A stretch of DNA of 64,000 nucleotides from Eledone cirrhosa (taxonomy: Eukaryota), in the NCBI GenBank assembly GCA_964016885.1, contig OZ024749.1, positions 47,368,001-47,432,000 of the forward strand, in the 5' to 3' direction. Positions within the stretch are counted from its first letter, which is position 1, and every line of letters starts with the position of its first letter. A program made the position numbers and the translations under genes. Positions 15,551 through 30,593 of this stretch are shown here, in pieces. The notes below the pieces were generated by a model that searched no databases, was not told where the DNA came from, and worked only from the letters and a program-made list of their open reading frames with translations.

Positions 15551-16697
15551 GTGCGCAACAAACACACACACAGTACACATATAGATAGATAGATACATTC
15601 CGAAACATGTTTTAAGATAAAACATTAACGAAAACTGTAGAGTATGATCAAATTTTAATGTAATTACCTCCTCATCCAGATTTTTTCCCACACGTGAAAA
15701 CAAACATACCCATCACTGTATATATATGACAAAAAAAGATTCCTTTTGGCATTTATTGGCATTAATGTAATATTCTCAATTTGCATAGATTTCCTATTGT
15801 GGGAAAGCATGTTCTCAGTTTATTCATGTGCAATCAACTCATCTAACTTCCACGTATTGTCGTATAATAAATTACAAAGGTCTAATTGCAGTTTTTAAGT
15901 ATCTAATGGTTTTTGATTATACCCGTATTGTTTGGTATTGAGCACTTACGAACCAATGATATATTCGTACTGATAATGATACACTGACTGATTTTATTAA
16001 CAAATTAGCCGTTATTTTGAAAAGCTATCGTCGCATTGCGAACACATATGTTACACCGTCGTGATATTTGACGACCATTTGATTACTGTTCTGAAGAATT
16101 TACATACATCACACTCTTCCTCTATTATACATTTCTTTCTACCTATACCCTTGCGTCTTGAGTTACCAATGTGCAAACATGGATAACATGTCAATGTCAA
16201 ATGTTCTCATCATAACAAGGCGAACGATTTCACACGTGCATCGTTAATAAATAATACAAAATCAACCATAAGCAAAGCAACTTAATCCCAGAATATTCTC
16301 TTCATAAATCACATGCTAAATTGTCAGCCGTTCCAACTTACTTTTCTTCTCGTTACATAAGTTTAATTAACAAATAATCACGCCTCCGCGTCATTAGTTA
16401 TGCTAGAGTAGTTGGAGTGCACATATATATTTCTTATTGCTTATTACCTCTTAATTCTTAATTTGAATAATGGGATCTCGTAGAAGAACGGCCGTGCTTT
16501 GAGTTGAATTTAAATTTAGTTTCCAAATTCCTAATAGAGTCTAATTAAATCTACATCAAAACCAGGAAAACTTTCATGATTCTGTTTAACTTGTAGACTG
16601 GAATAGTTATCATCATGAGAAGAAATAAAATGAGATTATATCAAATTCAGAGGAAGAAACAAACCTTTCTCCAAGCATATATATAAATATATATATG

Positions 16698-16790
<93 letters not shown>

Positions 16791-16889
16791 TCAGGTTATC
16801 AATCTGGTATTCGGTCTGTTACAGAAACATATGTCAATACCTAATAAATTCCTTTTTTAACAAAAGCACTTTCATTTTATATTCATCCT

Positions 16890-16946
<57 letters not shown>

Positions 16947-17402
16947 TATATACATGTGTGGTGCGTGAGTGTGCATGAGTACTGGTTAGGCTATGTGTGT
17001 GTTTAGTGGAAGCACAGTGCAAATGTTGCGCACGTTATAATAAAATAATTGAATAGATGTTAGGACTGCTGCAATTTGCATTAGATGTGTTTCATCTTTC
17101 CTAAACTGTAATAGCAACGGGTGTGTCAGTATATACCATTATATGTAAATCCTTCAAATTCCCTCCATTCGAATCTCTCAAAGAAATTATTCGACCGTTT
17201 GACTTGAATCAAGCAATAATAGCTGATATATTCGCAATAGTCCCAACGAAAGCAACAACTTTCAGCATTTAAGCACTATCTTGCGACATATGAAATGTTG
17301 TATACAACGCAACATGTGTATATTAACATTTGTATTCCACACTGCTAATTCACCTGATCTCGGAAACAAACTGGCTGATTTCAGAGTATTATGAATCATT
17401 TT

Positions 17403-17592
17403 CGGTGGATTGGCAGTATCGGTAGAGGCTCGGACGCCATGCTTTGACGCATAGAGTTACGGCCCTTGCCATTCTGAGTTCAAATCCCGCCGAGGTTAAC
17501 TTTGCCTTTCATCCTTACGGGGTCGATAAAATAAAGTACCAGTAATACACTGGGTAATTTGCAGGCCGTGTGCCAAAAGTAGAAACAATTAT
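17403..17592 (+). mobile_element. SINE, full length (tRNA head, Meta-type core)
   Basis: A-box-like head, GAGTTCAAATCCC B box, core, tail; flanking duplication ATTATGAAT(C/A)ATTTTC. Confidence 0.93.
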
Positions 17593-17670
17593 GAATAATT
17601 TTCACTTTAATTTAAACGTTTTTCAAATATGTTTCACTTTATGAATGTCTAATAAATAAATATATATATA

Positions 17671-17780
17671 TTTATTAAAATAACAGATTAAAGTTTAAGC
17701 AAAGAATCGCTGCTTTCACCCTTAACGTTTCAGAAGATCCCGTTAAGGGTGACAGCATAAATATTTGCTCTACCGTTCTT
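17671..17780. mobile_element. Family B element with partial inversion
   Basis: 17671-17727 is identical to 3147-3203, followed by an inverted copy TTTCAGAAGATCCCGTTAAGGGTGACAGCA; TA flanks. Confidence 0.75.
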
Positions 17781-17850
17781 ATATATTTGATATATATTCA
17801 TCCTTACCGAGCCCTCTTTGGATTTTAGTCTTCAAATTTATTATTATTAC

Positions 17851-17882
<32 letters not shown>

Positions 17883-20849
17883 TGTGTCTGTATGGGTGCA
17901 TGCGTGTATGTGTGCGTGTGCATGTGTGTGTGTATGTATTGTGTGTGTGTGATTCGACATAAGAATGAAGACTAATACTTTCGTTCATTCAAATTCACAA
18001 CACTCAGCACTGCGGCCAGTGTTTGTCTCTTTGATTTTATTCCATGCTATACACGAACGCATATAATATATTTAAAAATATGGCCATAACGTTAAAGTTG
18101 AATGTGTTAAGTTGCGTGAAGTCTGTGACCTGATATTTTTATAACTGATTTAAACTTTGATATTGGTAGTAAAATAAAATAAGACGGATATTGTAGAAAT
18201 ATTTATAACTATGAAATGATTTTTGCATAATCGATATGCAATTCGTTTTCACATTTGTTTTCTGTCTGACGTTACAAAAGATTTGAAAAGATAGCTGAAT
18301 ATATTTGTGGAAATATATATACAACATCTACACAATGTCTAGACAAATTTAATCAGCCTTAGATCAATTTATCTTTGTTTGCTAATTTCATTTTACGGCA
18401 TGCTTAGATTGAAATATAAGCTTGGCGGCAGCAAGGTTTCAATTGTATGGAAACGAAAACCTTTCAAACCCAAAATGAAAATAACTTTGCAGTCTTTCTG
18501 TATCTGGAATTATATGGAATTGTACATACTCAAAATAGAAATGAAAGACAAATATTTCAGTGCATATAATCTAGTAGCAATATCTTTATATTTGTCAGTA
18601 TGAAATGAAATTTGTCAATGAAAATATTATGAGGCACACAAAACATATTTTCTGAAATGTGTTAGCAGATAAGAAATGCTAAATATAATGCTATGTCATC
18701 CTTAATATAATATTTATATCAACATATTGAGGCAATATTATTGTGCAGAAAGTAAAGTTCATGTTGTTTTATTTACAAATACCCAATTATTTATGATAAA
18801 GTTGGGTGAAGATCTTAGGTTCTTTGAATAAATAATGTGTAGTGTCATGTTTGATTCTCTTAAGAGCTTGAATGTTCATTAAATATGAACAATGTCTTTC
18901 AGAAAATCCGAAATTACACACTACCATACATTGCCCATATTTACATCCACCATTCGATATATCATTTGCTGAAATCAGAACAAAATATACCGTTAGATAT
19001 CATGTGTCGAACACATAAAAAAAATGCTTATCTTTTAATTTCACACAGTGTTAGAGCTTTCCAACGCGGTATGTTATGACACGCCGTGTTAGTATAAAAA
19101 GGTTTTATACAATATATGTTCCTGACATATGAGCATTTTCCTCGATTCAGATATATTCAATAATGTTAATGTATATTTCTCTATTGGAAATTCCCTGTTA
19201 GATATATGTACCTGGACACTTATCACTCACTCGTCACATGTGACAGTAGCTGACGTTAAAACCATTCACCTGAAGCTTTATTGGAGTTATACGTACAATA
19301 CACTGACTCTGATTCATGGTACAGCCCAGCGTATATTGTTTGCCATACACGTTTCTGCCACATACTCACAACAATCTTTACTGGCCCACAGTTTTATGGA
19401 GATGATACAAGCATATGTCCCTATCTATTTATCTATCTTCTAAAATAATCATTATCACGTGATGTTGTTGAGACTTGTGAAATATGAAATACTTCACGGA
19501 CAAAGCCACAGTAAGCAATCTTCAATACAATCACTCTCATACAATCTCTTTCGATACGAGTTGGGTAGGTGTGTATTGTTGCAGATCTAGACAAATCCCA
19601 GTTTACTCAGTTGCCTGACATGGGAAATATCCGTCCCAGAACTGTTTGCTGCTCCCATTCATTCAGCATCATTATGTTTACAGCAATACACTGCAGACTG
19701 TCAGAATTTGTGAATTTTTTACACCGGTGTTATAGCCCCAGCATTACCCCTTCTTTTTATCAGCATGACATGGAAATTAATTCAGGCTTATCACTAATCA
19801 CACATGTTGTTAGTTCATTTGGATCTACACAAATGCTAATGAATCATGTAATTCAACACACACAAACACACATGGCAATCTTCAAATAACCATTACCATA
19901 TGATGTAACACACAATATGCGTCAAACATTCTGCAGAATGAAAGTAATGAATTAGAACAATGCCACCACGAACACAATAATTCATTTCAGATCTCAAAAT
20001 CTAGGCCTGAGTGAAAGGGTATCCATGTTGATGCATTAGAGATTCCCTTGAAACATTTGCGAATATGTTATAACAGTAAAAATACGAAAATTATAACCGT
20101 AGGTCATACATTCTTCTGAGAGAAATATGACCTTCCTTTACATCTCACACCCAAAAGCGAGACAAATTATATAAAAATTCAATTATTCTATTTTATGATA
20201 TTGAAATCTCTTTTCAATGGTTATAAAACTAGTATTAGTATGATAGTAGTAATATTAACAACGAAATTCATAATATTAATAACACCAGTGGTATTTAAAT
20301 TCCTATATTTAAATGTTGATCCTTTCGTTGAACTTCAGTTAATTGCATAAGATTCCCGGTACAGCGTAAATGATAATATCTTTATTGGATCGATATCAAG
20401 AACTACCGCAAAAAGGCAGATGCTTTTTTCAAAAGACTATTGAAGCATGGAATTAATTATTCCAAATATTTTTTATGATTATATAATATTTCGATTCATA
20501 TTTTGCTTTTTTGTGCTATCGTATATATATACATAATTATGATTGTTTTTCTCATACTTATTTATTATTTATACTTCTGAATGTGCGGTTGAGGGATGGA
20601 CACTGAGATTTTGTATGGGTGACTTTGTTGTGTGATATCGTTATATTTTTTAATTTAATTTATCGATATAATAGTATTTAGTTTTGATCTCTTTGAATAG
20701 AATAATAGGCTGCAATGAGAATTCCATCAGCGAACAGATATAAACAAACGTGCCTGGGTTTTAGCATCAAACGAGGCCGTTACAGTCATAATTTCACATC
20801 AACTCTCACACAGACGTGCATATATATTTATAAATTAACCCATACTTAC

Positions 20850-21240
20850 ACGCGCATACGCACACGCTCACGCACACACGCAATCACACTCACACACACA
20901 ATCACCGACACACATACTCAATCACACGCGCACACACACACTCATCACACACACTCAATCTCACTCACACGCACTCAATCACACACACTCACACACACAC
21001 ACATCCAATCACACACACACGCAACAATCAAACTCACGCACATAATCACACTCACCTACACAATCACACTCACGCACACAATCACACTCACACACACAAT
21101 CACATACACACATACACTCAAGCACATACACGCACGCAGCCCACACTCACGCATACAATTACACTCACGCACAATCATACAGAGGCACAATCACACACAC
21201 ACACACGCACACACACACATATACACACAGTGGCACACAT
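20850..21240. repeat. degenerate CA-rich minisatellite (~18-bp unit CACAATCACACTCACACA)
   Basis: recurrent caatcacactcac units. Confidence 0.85.
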
Positions 21241-21617
21241 ATAATGTGTGTGTGTGTCCATGTATATTTTAAACTCAACATCTAATTCAAAAATCATTAA
21301 AATATGTATTCAACAATCAATTCGATGAACGTTAAAAGTTTAAGACTTAAACATAAAAAAATGCAATACAGGAATGTCGTTCCCGTTTCTACCTTTAGAT
21401 CTTCAATAGGAATTATGCATTTTCATAGGCATCATGAGTGAGGTGGAGTTAAATTATATATAAAAGCAGATGGAATAAAAGGCAGTTAAGAAAAACACGT
21501 TAAAGGGGAATTGAAATAGATGTTCAAAGCTTTGAAAGGCTGCATTTTCGGGGGTGATAAATTCCCATTCCTCATATTTTATACAAGGAACCGCGATGCC
21601 ATTGTGTGTAATATATA

Positions 21618-21811
21618 GGGCGGTGGATTGGCAGTATCGATAGAGGGTCGGACGCCATGCTTTGCAACAAAGCGTTATGTTTCTTTATTGTCTTGAGTTC
21701 AAATCCCGCCAAGGTTAACTTTGCCTTCCATCCTTACAAGGTCGATAACATAAAATATCAGTAATACTCTGGGATAATAGCTGGCCTTGTGCCAAGAGTA
21801 GAAACAATTAT
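21618..21811 (+). mobile_element. SINE, full length
   Basis: head, B box, core, tail. Confidence 0.92.
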
Positions 21812-22200
21812 GTGTATATACATATATGCGTCAATGCCTACGTGAAAATGTATGTGAAAGAGTGGTTGTTCGGTTGGATTTTAATATTATTTGTATGTGT
21901 AATGATGCGGTTATGTGCGAGACAAATACGTACTATTCGTATACGTACTAATCGTTTACATTATTTGTTGAATCTCTTTCAAGTCTGTGGAATGGATGTG
22001 TAGACTTTGTTCGTCATGACACGCATTTTTATGTAGTCTGTTTTTGTATTGTCTTCTTGATTCTAAGTATGATTGGTGCAATTACTTCTGTAGGTATGTG
22101 TTGTCGGATTCAAATGTGTGAGTATCCCTTGAAATACGTCTGCTGAGGGGTATGAGATGTAACATTGATAATTTCATGCATAATGCAGGTCCTCTGTTTA

Positions 22201-22252
<52 letters not shown>

Positions 22253-22282
22253 TTATGTGTGTATATATATATAGGTATGTGC

Positions 22283-22320
<38 letters not shown>

Positions 22321-22367
22321 TTATACATATATATATATATATATGAGAACAGAGGAAAAGACGATTA

Positions 22368-22407
<40 letters not shown>

Positions 22408-22465
22408 AATGTACGTATGTGTGTGTTTCGGCAATATTTCGTGTGTAAACATACGTTGGTGGAAA

Positions 22466-22828
22466 ATGATGTTTTCAGAGAAGAGCTTAGTCAATACATT
22501 GCATATTTACATGTTGTTTTGTGGATTATTAGTGGGAATTATGTTAATTATTGCCGAACGTAATGAGGTTACAACCTCTGTATTTAAAGGGTGTGGCTCC
22601 GAAATATGGTTTATCTGCAAAACACGATCATGCAGACCGATATTAACAGGATATGTACCATCTTCAGTTTTACTTGAAAAACCAAAAAAGTTAAATATTG
22701 TTGGCAATACAATCCAGGAAGTACGTTTTAAAGAATATCATACAACTGCAGGAATATATGATTATACCATGCTAGTCGAAAGGAAAACAACAAATCATGA
22801 CATTAACATAAATGTATACAATAAATAA
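22466..22828 (+). CDS. possible small ORF or exon (~120 aa), unassigned
   Basis: Non-repetitive open frame with a hydrophobic N-terminal stretch ([14 protein letters not shown]) and several Cys; no family recognised. Confidence 0.2.
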   Translation: MMFSEKSLVNTLHIYMLFCGLLVGIMLIIAERNEVTTSVFKGCGSEIWFICKTRSCRPILTGYVPSSVLLEKPKKLNIVGNTIQEVRFKEYHTTAGIYDYTMLVERKTTNHDININVYNK

Positions 22829-23622
22829 CTGCGTTACCATCATCTCATTCCATCATATCATCTATTCGTTAAATAAGCTGCAATGCACACACCTGTTTCC
22901 CCAGAGAGAATAAATCAAGGAATTCAAAAACAAAAAACATAATAATGCATATATTATACGATAATTATCCCGAGAAACTATGTGCATGGAAATAAAAGAA
23001 ATACATACCATAACATGTTATTGTTAACATATTTAATGAATGGAGAATTAAAACGCTAATTAGAAAAAAAAATATATGTATTGAAAAACATGCAATGTTA
23101 ATTATCACCTATTACTTTAATAATTCCTGCAATTATTGAAACACATATTTCAGCTTCCTATTTAAGTGCATTGTTTATCATCATATTTGCCCTCCAACTA
23201 TGTAACTTCAATATTCCAAGTCATATGTGTTCGTTATATTATACAATGATTTTTGGAAGTTAGAATATTACCTTTGTCTTTGCACGTAAAACTAAAAAAA
23301 CAGTGTTGTATACGGATGTTTCGAAAATAACACACTGTGGTAAAACTATTAAATTGGCAATTAAAATGACATTTCTAGGGTCTCTATGGTTTGTTGAAGG
23401 ACTTAAGAAGTAATATCCTCTGGGCAGGGATCGGATTTAAATGCTAGCAAGACATTTAAGGTCACACAATTCAAACGAGGAGTATGTGGATGTCATGTAA
23501 GCTTTTCTAAACAACGTAGTGCAACAGCTCCACAGATAATTTTCTATTTTCCGTATATCTAGAAAACTGAAATCATAAGAATATCAATAGAATGTGCTTG
23601 ACAATGTGTTTATAGTAGACAG

Positions 23623-23804
23623 ATAATTAATTCTAAGTTTTGCACAAGGCCACCAATTATCCTACAGCATTACGGATACTTTATATTATCGACCCCGTAA
23701 GGAAGAAAGGCAAAGTTAAAATCGGCGGGATTTGAACTCAGAATGGCAAGGGCTGTAACTCTATGCGTCAAAGGAAGGCCCTCTACTGGTACTGCCAATC
23801 CACC
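23623..23804 (-). mobile_element. SINE, full length
   Basis: reverse complement of head, B box (GGGATTTGAACTC), core and tail. Confidence 0.9.
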
Positions 23805-25537
23805 ATGTTATATGGACAGATTCAAATCGAATATAGTCTTTTACTTTAAATCCTGAACTGTAAAAGCGACTGCTAATCATTAAAACAATACTGTGTTGTA
23901 CTTTATGCACACATCTAACAATACTAGGGGTGTGGCATGTCGATTATTTGAACCAATAAATAACTAGTACATTATGAACGATGAAAGTAAAATTTGCACG
24001 CTGCGCGTTATAAAATCAGATCGTAATTTAGCTAAAATTAAAGTGATGCGAAATACTGATCTACCAATCTATTGCCATATCAATTTAAAATATTAACTTG
24101 AAGTGTTTAGAGAAAATAATGTTATCATTGACTTTCATTTTTTTGTCGTTGTTGTTGTTTTTAGTGACATGTTATCTCTGATCAATGTGACATTTGATCA
24201 AAAATACAGTATAACATGTTATGTAATTGTTAGGCTATGTAATTTCAAAGCGTATTTCCTTTTTTATGGTTCAGATATTTATATGGCAATGAAATATGAA
24301 TACTTGTATATATTATATCTATATTATTTGGAAACTGATTTCATCTGAGATATTATGTAATTACATTATGTCTCAACACATGTCTCAAAATATACGATAT
24401 TCTTGGAAAATGTAAGCGATTATTTGGTATCAGACCTCTGTTTAATCCTCACATCTTCCGAAATAAAAGCCACAACTGATATTTAAAGATTTGTATATTA
24501 ATTTCATGTATAGTATATGATAATATAATGTTAAGATAACAAAGACTGAACCATATTTCATAGAGGTATTATTGATTCGATCATACATTATGTGAAATAA
24601 TTACAACGCTATTGATGTGCATTATAAGAATATATCAACCCTACCAACACATTCCCATCTTATTTAAAAATATGATAGAACGTGTTAACCTCTTTAATTC
24701 GAGAACGAAAAAACGATTCTCTGGTTAGATTTAGATTTGTTTCATTTCGAAAACTATAAGACACGTTATTAGATACTCTCTTTCTCTCTCTCTCTCGTTT
24801 TCTCTCTTTCTTTCTCTCTCTATCTGTATCTCTCTCTATATCTCTGTCTGTCTCTATGACTCTCTCTCTCCACACATATACACACAGACATGTATGTATG
24901 TATACATGTGCATGTGTATATACATGTGTATATACATGTGTATATATGAGTGCATATGTATGTATATATATATGCGCGTGTCAGTCTGTCTATCTCTTTA
25001 CTTTTTCTTTGCATCTAAACTTGGGAAAATACAATTGCCACATTGTCAAACAGAATATTACTAATCATTAGACTTAACTTATTCCCACCACCTGCAATAA
25101 ACTGCTACATTTTCTTCGCCCGTGGAAATGTATTTTGTTTTTTATCTAAATAGAATATTTGGCAGAGTATCACTGCAGGAAAATTTCCTTGGAATTAAAG
25201 AAAGTTAACAGATGTCATTGAATGTATTCCAAATATATAGAGTTACCGTTGCTTACAGATTTTCCTTATCTCATGTGACATCCTATTCTCCTACAAACAT
25301 AGTTGATCAATATTTTTCCAACAGTAAAACTCTGTATAAATGTATAAATTGATTTTCAATCCTCCTGGAGATGATTGTTAAAGCTGACGAATGTGAATAG
25401 AAACGACACGGAAAATAACATAATTGTTAATTTCCAATGCACGTGATATACATGTATGTTAGCATTTCTCCTTATACACAATCATTTCAATAGTGAGCAT
25501 GTTTATCAATGCATATCTTTCCCTGTATATCTATATT

Positions 25538-25674
<137 letters not shown>

Positions 25675-27545
25675 TTGTGAATAATAGATTTGCTCTTGTA
25701 TTTTTGGTTACCTCTAAACAGGGTCAATTAGAAAGTGAATGCAGTTCTCATATTATTTAGGTATAAAGGTATCCACGCTTCACTGTCTTCATCACAATCA
25801 TCTTTAGTCAGCTAATGGACCGTCAACTACGCTGAATATCAGTCAGTTATATCTTAAATCAAATTCTACTAGTATATAAAGTGAATATTCATGTTGCACA
25901 ATATTGTTCTGGAAATCTCTTAAACGACTATTTTGTGAATGCAATAATGGATTTCACTACATGTCGGCTAAATCTAATCAGACAAGGCTCCTCGCTACAC
26001 GGTACCAAGACCAGCAGCTGTAGCAGCAGCAACATAAACATTGAAAACAACAAGAAATGAAATATTTTCGGAATGTATATAATATTTGCTTGCCAACCCG
26101 CGTCCCTATAATATTTATAAGTCTATATTAAACTTTGCAGTATTATTCTCATTTATGAGAGACAACAGTTATAAGAATATTATTTATAGTTTAGGCATAT
26201 CAATTTGGGCTACTAGCATATCATATACCTACTCATTTACACCAGTCCATTCAGTGAACAATGATATGAATAACAACAGCATGCCGACGAAGTCCACGAC
26301 AACGAAGAGAAACAATACAAAGAGGTTTAATGTAGAATGTTATGCAAATCTTGCAAAACCTATTATGCACATACGTTCATACCTACGTATGTATATATGT
26401 ATGTCTCTTCGTATGTGCACAGTCATTGTGCTGTGTGTCTGTGTGAATATATTGTATTTGTTTATAAAAATGTATGGATATGTGTACACATATATATAAA
26501 GATATAATCTTTGGCCAATGGTAACGACACGTGTATGTCTGGATATTGCAGTATGAGAATTCTGTGACATCTGACCATCACAGACACCTTGGTGTAAGCC
26601 GATCGGTTCCAGCTTCATTTGTTAGGCGATACTTTCAGACAAATACTTAAAAAGCGTATGTAAAATGGCCTGTCTTCGGAGTCATAGAATCATATCCTCA
26701 TCACACTAGATGGTGAAAAAAAACTGCCAACCATGTTCTGGTAATCTCATTTGTTTTAAACGCCTATCAGGTTAATTCAGTACAGTCGATGAGAATTGCC
26801 ATGTTCTAAACCGTTTTTAGCTTTCTACTATGCTGGGTGGTGAAGCAATCAGTAATAGAACGCCGTTACTAAGATATCGAACTGGCCGTATGTTCTGTGT
26901 CTCGATTATTATTCGACAACTTAAATTAGAATTTTGCTACAACCAATAGTTCGTTTGTTTTTCACAATATAATTCCGCGACTGGTACACTGCGTTTTGAG
27001 GCAAAGATTAGATGTCATCGTCGATGTCGGTTTAGATGTATTATACGTAGAAGTTTGAACGTAAGTGTTGTCGACACTATATTTTGTATGTTTAGTGTTT
27101 TCTTTTTTTACCCAAAGAATGTTACTATCCATCAACATTTATTCGACCAAATGGTTTTACGCGAATATTCTCTGTGAATTGGTAATTTCCATGAGGAAAA
27201 CATATTAAATTATAATAGATTTATTTCTATTATGCCACCAAAGACACAACTACGTGTTTACTTTATCTGCGAGAATGAGGAGTGAAATGTGTTTCAAATA
27301 TAACCAGCCTTATAAAATTAGATATGCACTATTGTAGTGAATAATATTGTGATCATTTCTCAAATAACTTAGGTCATAATAATATTGATATGAAGGAAGA
27401 ATTTTCATTATTCTATATTTACTCTAAATTTTGACGACATTCTTCACATATTCCCTGGAATTTGCGTGCTTCAATGAAATAACAAAATCAATTCTGAGAC
27501 TAAATGTATCTCCACATACGCATGCAGAAAAGTAAACAACCCTCC

Positions 27546-27597
<52 letters not shown>

Positions 27598-27660
27598 AGA
27601 GAGAAAAAAAAAAAGGAAAATATATATTTTTCTACCTAATAATGATCTTTGTCTCCCTGT

Positions 27661-27857
<197 letters not shown>

Positions 27858-28855
27858 GGGGGGTTGTTTATAAGTGTTTGTGTATGTATTTAGGTGCTAG
27901 ATTTATGCATGAGTGTGATTGATTGTATGATGTACGCACATGTATTTCCACATCATAATTCATTTACGGCTTACAATAATATGTATCAGCTTATACAAAT
28001 ATGCCGATATGAATGAAGACGCGTGTAGTCCTTATATTTGCCTTCAGTCAAATCATTGATAGCGTTGAAAGTATTGATACTGATGACAACATTGATATTT
28101 GTTTTAACTGTGTGACGAGGAAAAAGAAAATAACTGTAAACAATACTATAGAATACATCACACCATGATCTTTGTAAATATCTCTCGCTGAAAGGGTAAA
28201 TATTGGATACTTGAAACTGACAACAGTGGAATATCTTCTGAGAAGTTATGTGGAGACGCATACAGACGAGGTATTGGGAAATATGTGTCAAAAAGACATC
28301 ACTATGACAATAACCCTATGCCTACTACTTTGTATAAACACTACGTGTACGAGGTCGAGGCTTTGTGTATGTGATTTTACGTGTGTGCTTTTCCGCCCGT
28401 GTATGTATGTATGTGTATGTGTGTATTTGTGTGTGGGTATGTGTGTGTGGGTATGTGCGTGAGTATATGCATGTATAACTGAAATCAAGAGAATAAATTA
28501 AGGCAGTGATTGATGTCGACGGTTATAGGATGAATTGAAAAGAGAAAGTGACAAAACATTGTTTGTATCTTAAAAATGGAAGTAACAGCAAAATATACTT
28601 AGTAGGTATAACATAAAATACAACAGAAAATATTGCCTACAAAGTAATGGTAAATATTTATGGTGAGAAATAAGGTTTATGTCGGCTGAAATCTATTGCA
28701 AGATGAAATATAGATATATTTATGTATATTCACTTATTTATTATTTGTTTGTAGGTTATAACGAAATACGTTTATGCTTTTTTTTTTCCTTCAGTGTGTC
28801 GCAGCATGTAATTGGACCATTATCAACATATTCATCATTTCTTTTTCCATGCATC

Positions 28856-28888
<33 letters not shown>

Positions 28889-28897
<9 letters not shown>

Positions 28898-29096
28898 GAG
28901 GTTCGTTTTTACAAAATAAAAAATAACCGAGGTGTCCTACTCGAGTGAATGTATAAAGAAAAAAAGATGAAATCGAAAATGCAACTGGAGTCTTATTTTG
29001 TTTTTAATATATTTATTTATTTGGTTGCCTTACCGGTTTCGCAGTTATTATGCTTTTCAAAAGTAGAGTTGAGATTGAGGGTCTGTGGTTTTTCTC
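28889..29096 (-). mobile_element. Family D element, single arm plus tail, adjacent to (TA)n
   Basis: Homologous to 46249-46455; minus strand TTGAAAA-GCA..CTGC-GAAA-CCGG-TA hammerhead; begins TGAGAAAAACCAC like the apex of the 46 kb copy. Confidence 0.8.
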
Positions 29097-29340
29097 ACAC
29101 ACATGAAATGAAATGGATGGATACATAGATATAAACGTTGCAATGCCGCGTGCCCACTAGTATTGGTTCTACGTCACTGTACTGACCGTATAGTCGCACT
29201 TTTTCTCACAGTTATGATTAATTTTATTTTGTAAGAGTCTTCGCCATGTTACAGCTTCGATGGATCCTTCTATGTTGCTATCAAGATTAAGTTAATTTAT
29301 TGAACAAATGATACAAATGAAAACACTTCCTAGATATATA

Positions 29341-29373
<33 letters not shown>

Positions 29374-29374
<1 letters not shown>

Positions 29375-29589
29375 AGTGGTTACACAACAGTTAGTTCACC
29401 ATACCGAGAACAATTGTTTCACCTTAGCGGATCTTCAATTCGGGATGACTCATCCAGAGCTGAAGATCCGCTAAGGTGAAACAATTGTTCTCGCTATGGT
29501 GAACCTACTGTTGTGTAACCACTTCTACCTAACTCGTCTCTTGGACTGAGTGCTCTACCACTACGGATATTACCTTCCAGTGTCCCACC

Positions 29590-29592
<3 letters not shown>
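29374..29592 (+). mobile_element. Family E fold-back element in (TA)n
   Basis: Inverted arms ~29374-29448 / 29450-29524 with a 1-nt loop; ~68-nt tail with CTGAGTGC. Confidence 0.85.
29457..29492 (+). ncRNA. minimal type I hammerhead ribozyme
   Basis: GAG-CTGAAGA-TCC gctaa GGT-GAAA-CAATTG-TT-CTC; palindromic stem III ACAATTGT; GUU site. Confidence 0.75.
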
Positions 29593-29665
<73 letters not shown>

Positions 29666-30276
29666 TATATATCTAGGAAGTGTTTTCCAATAGATAATGT
29701 ATCACTGCAATGAACTTACTTGCTTGTGTGTGTGTTGTGTGTGTGTATGTGTGTATGGGGCGTTGGTTAACGCAATATTTCCAATTTACATCGTCAAATT
29801 GAGATTTGACCAGTATAGCATCTGTTGTTTTGTGAACTAACTGAGGGTAAATTTTGTGTTGGTACATTCTTATATTTGTTTCCTTATATTTGTTTTTTTC
29901 TCTGACATCTGACATCTTCGGTGTGCGTGAGAGTGTGTGTGTACTCACCCACACTAACTGTGACCTTGTATAATTCTACAGGTTTGATAATGTGTTTATG
30001 TGTGTATATATATATGTATATATTTCTTTCTTTGACCTCAAGCCGGTGTATGTGGGTGTGGACTGGGTGTGTACCCACTCACATTAACTATATCCCTACA
30101 GACTTGATTGATGTCCAGCGTATTTTGCCGCGATAGAAATCCGACAACTTTTATGATCTCAACTTAAGTTAATAGCGTGTCTCTGACTGGTGTGTTTTCA
30201 TATGAGTGAATGAATTATGTGAGGGAACATCGTTATTCTTTCTCCCTCAAATCAAGAATTTGAAGACAATTCATGT

Positions 30277-30350
30277 TCACCTGATGAGATCAGTGATAAT
30301 CGATCATGACTTCACAATCGAACTATCTCTTATTGAAACGTGTGTCGTGA
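30277..30350 (+). ncRNA. minimal hammerhead-like motif ~40 nt upstream of (TA)n
   Basis: TCAC-CTGATGA-(47 nt)-GAAA-CGTGTG-TC-GTGA; stem I TCAC/GTGA; GUC site; stem II poorly formed. Confidence 0.6.
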
Positions 30351-30391
30351 TTAACTGATTGGAATTTTACCTTGCCTTCGGATTTTCATTT

Positions 30392-30460
<69 letters not shown>

Positions 30461-30494
30461 ATGTACATATACATGTACGCTCTATGTACATATA

Positions 30495-30539
30495 GCAATC
30501 ATATTCTTTGCTTAAACTTTAATCTGGTATTTTAATAAA
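30495..30539 (+). mobile_element. Family B 3' fragment
   Basis: ATTCTTTGCTTAAACTTTAATCTGGTATTTTAATAAA is the reverse complement of 3147-3183 with one mismatch; runs into (TA)n. Confidence 0.75.
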
Positions 30540-30548
30540 TATATATAT

Positions 30549-30592
<44 letters not shown>

Positions 30593-30593
<1 letters not shown>

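Noticed and set aside
17403-17490. tRNA gene
   Set aside because: tRNA-like head of a SINE; no complete cloverleaf, and it continues into the SINE core
20850-21240. CRISPR-like or coding His/Thr repeat
   Set aside because: No unique spacers; CA-derived minisatellite in a eukaryotic context
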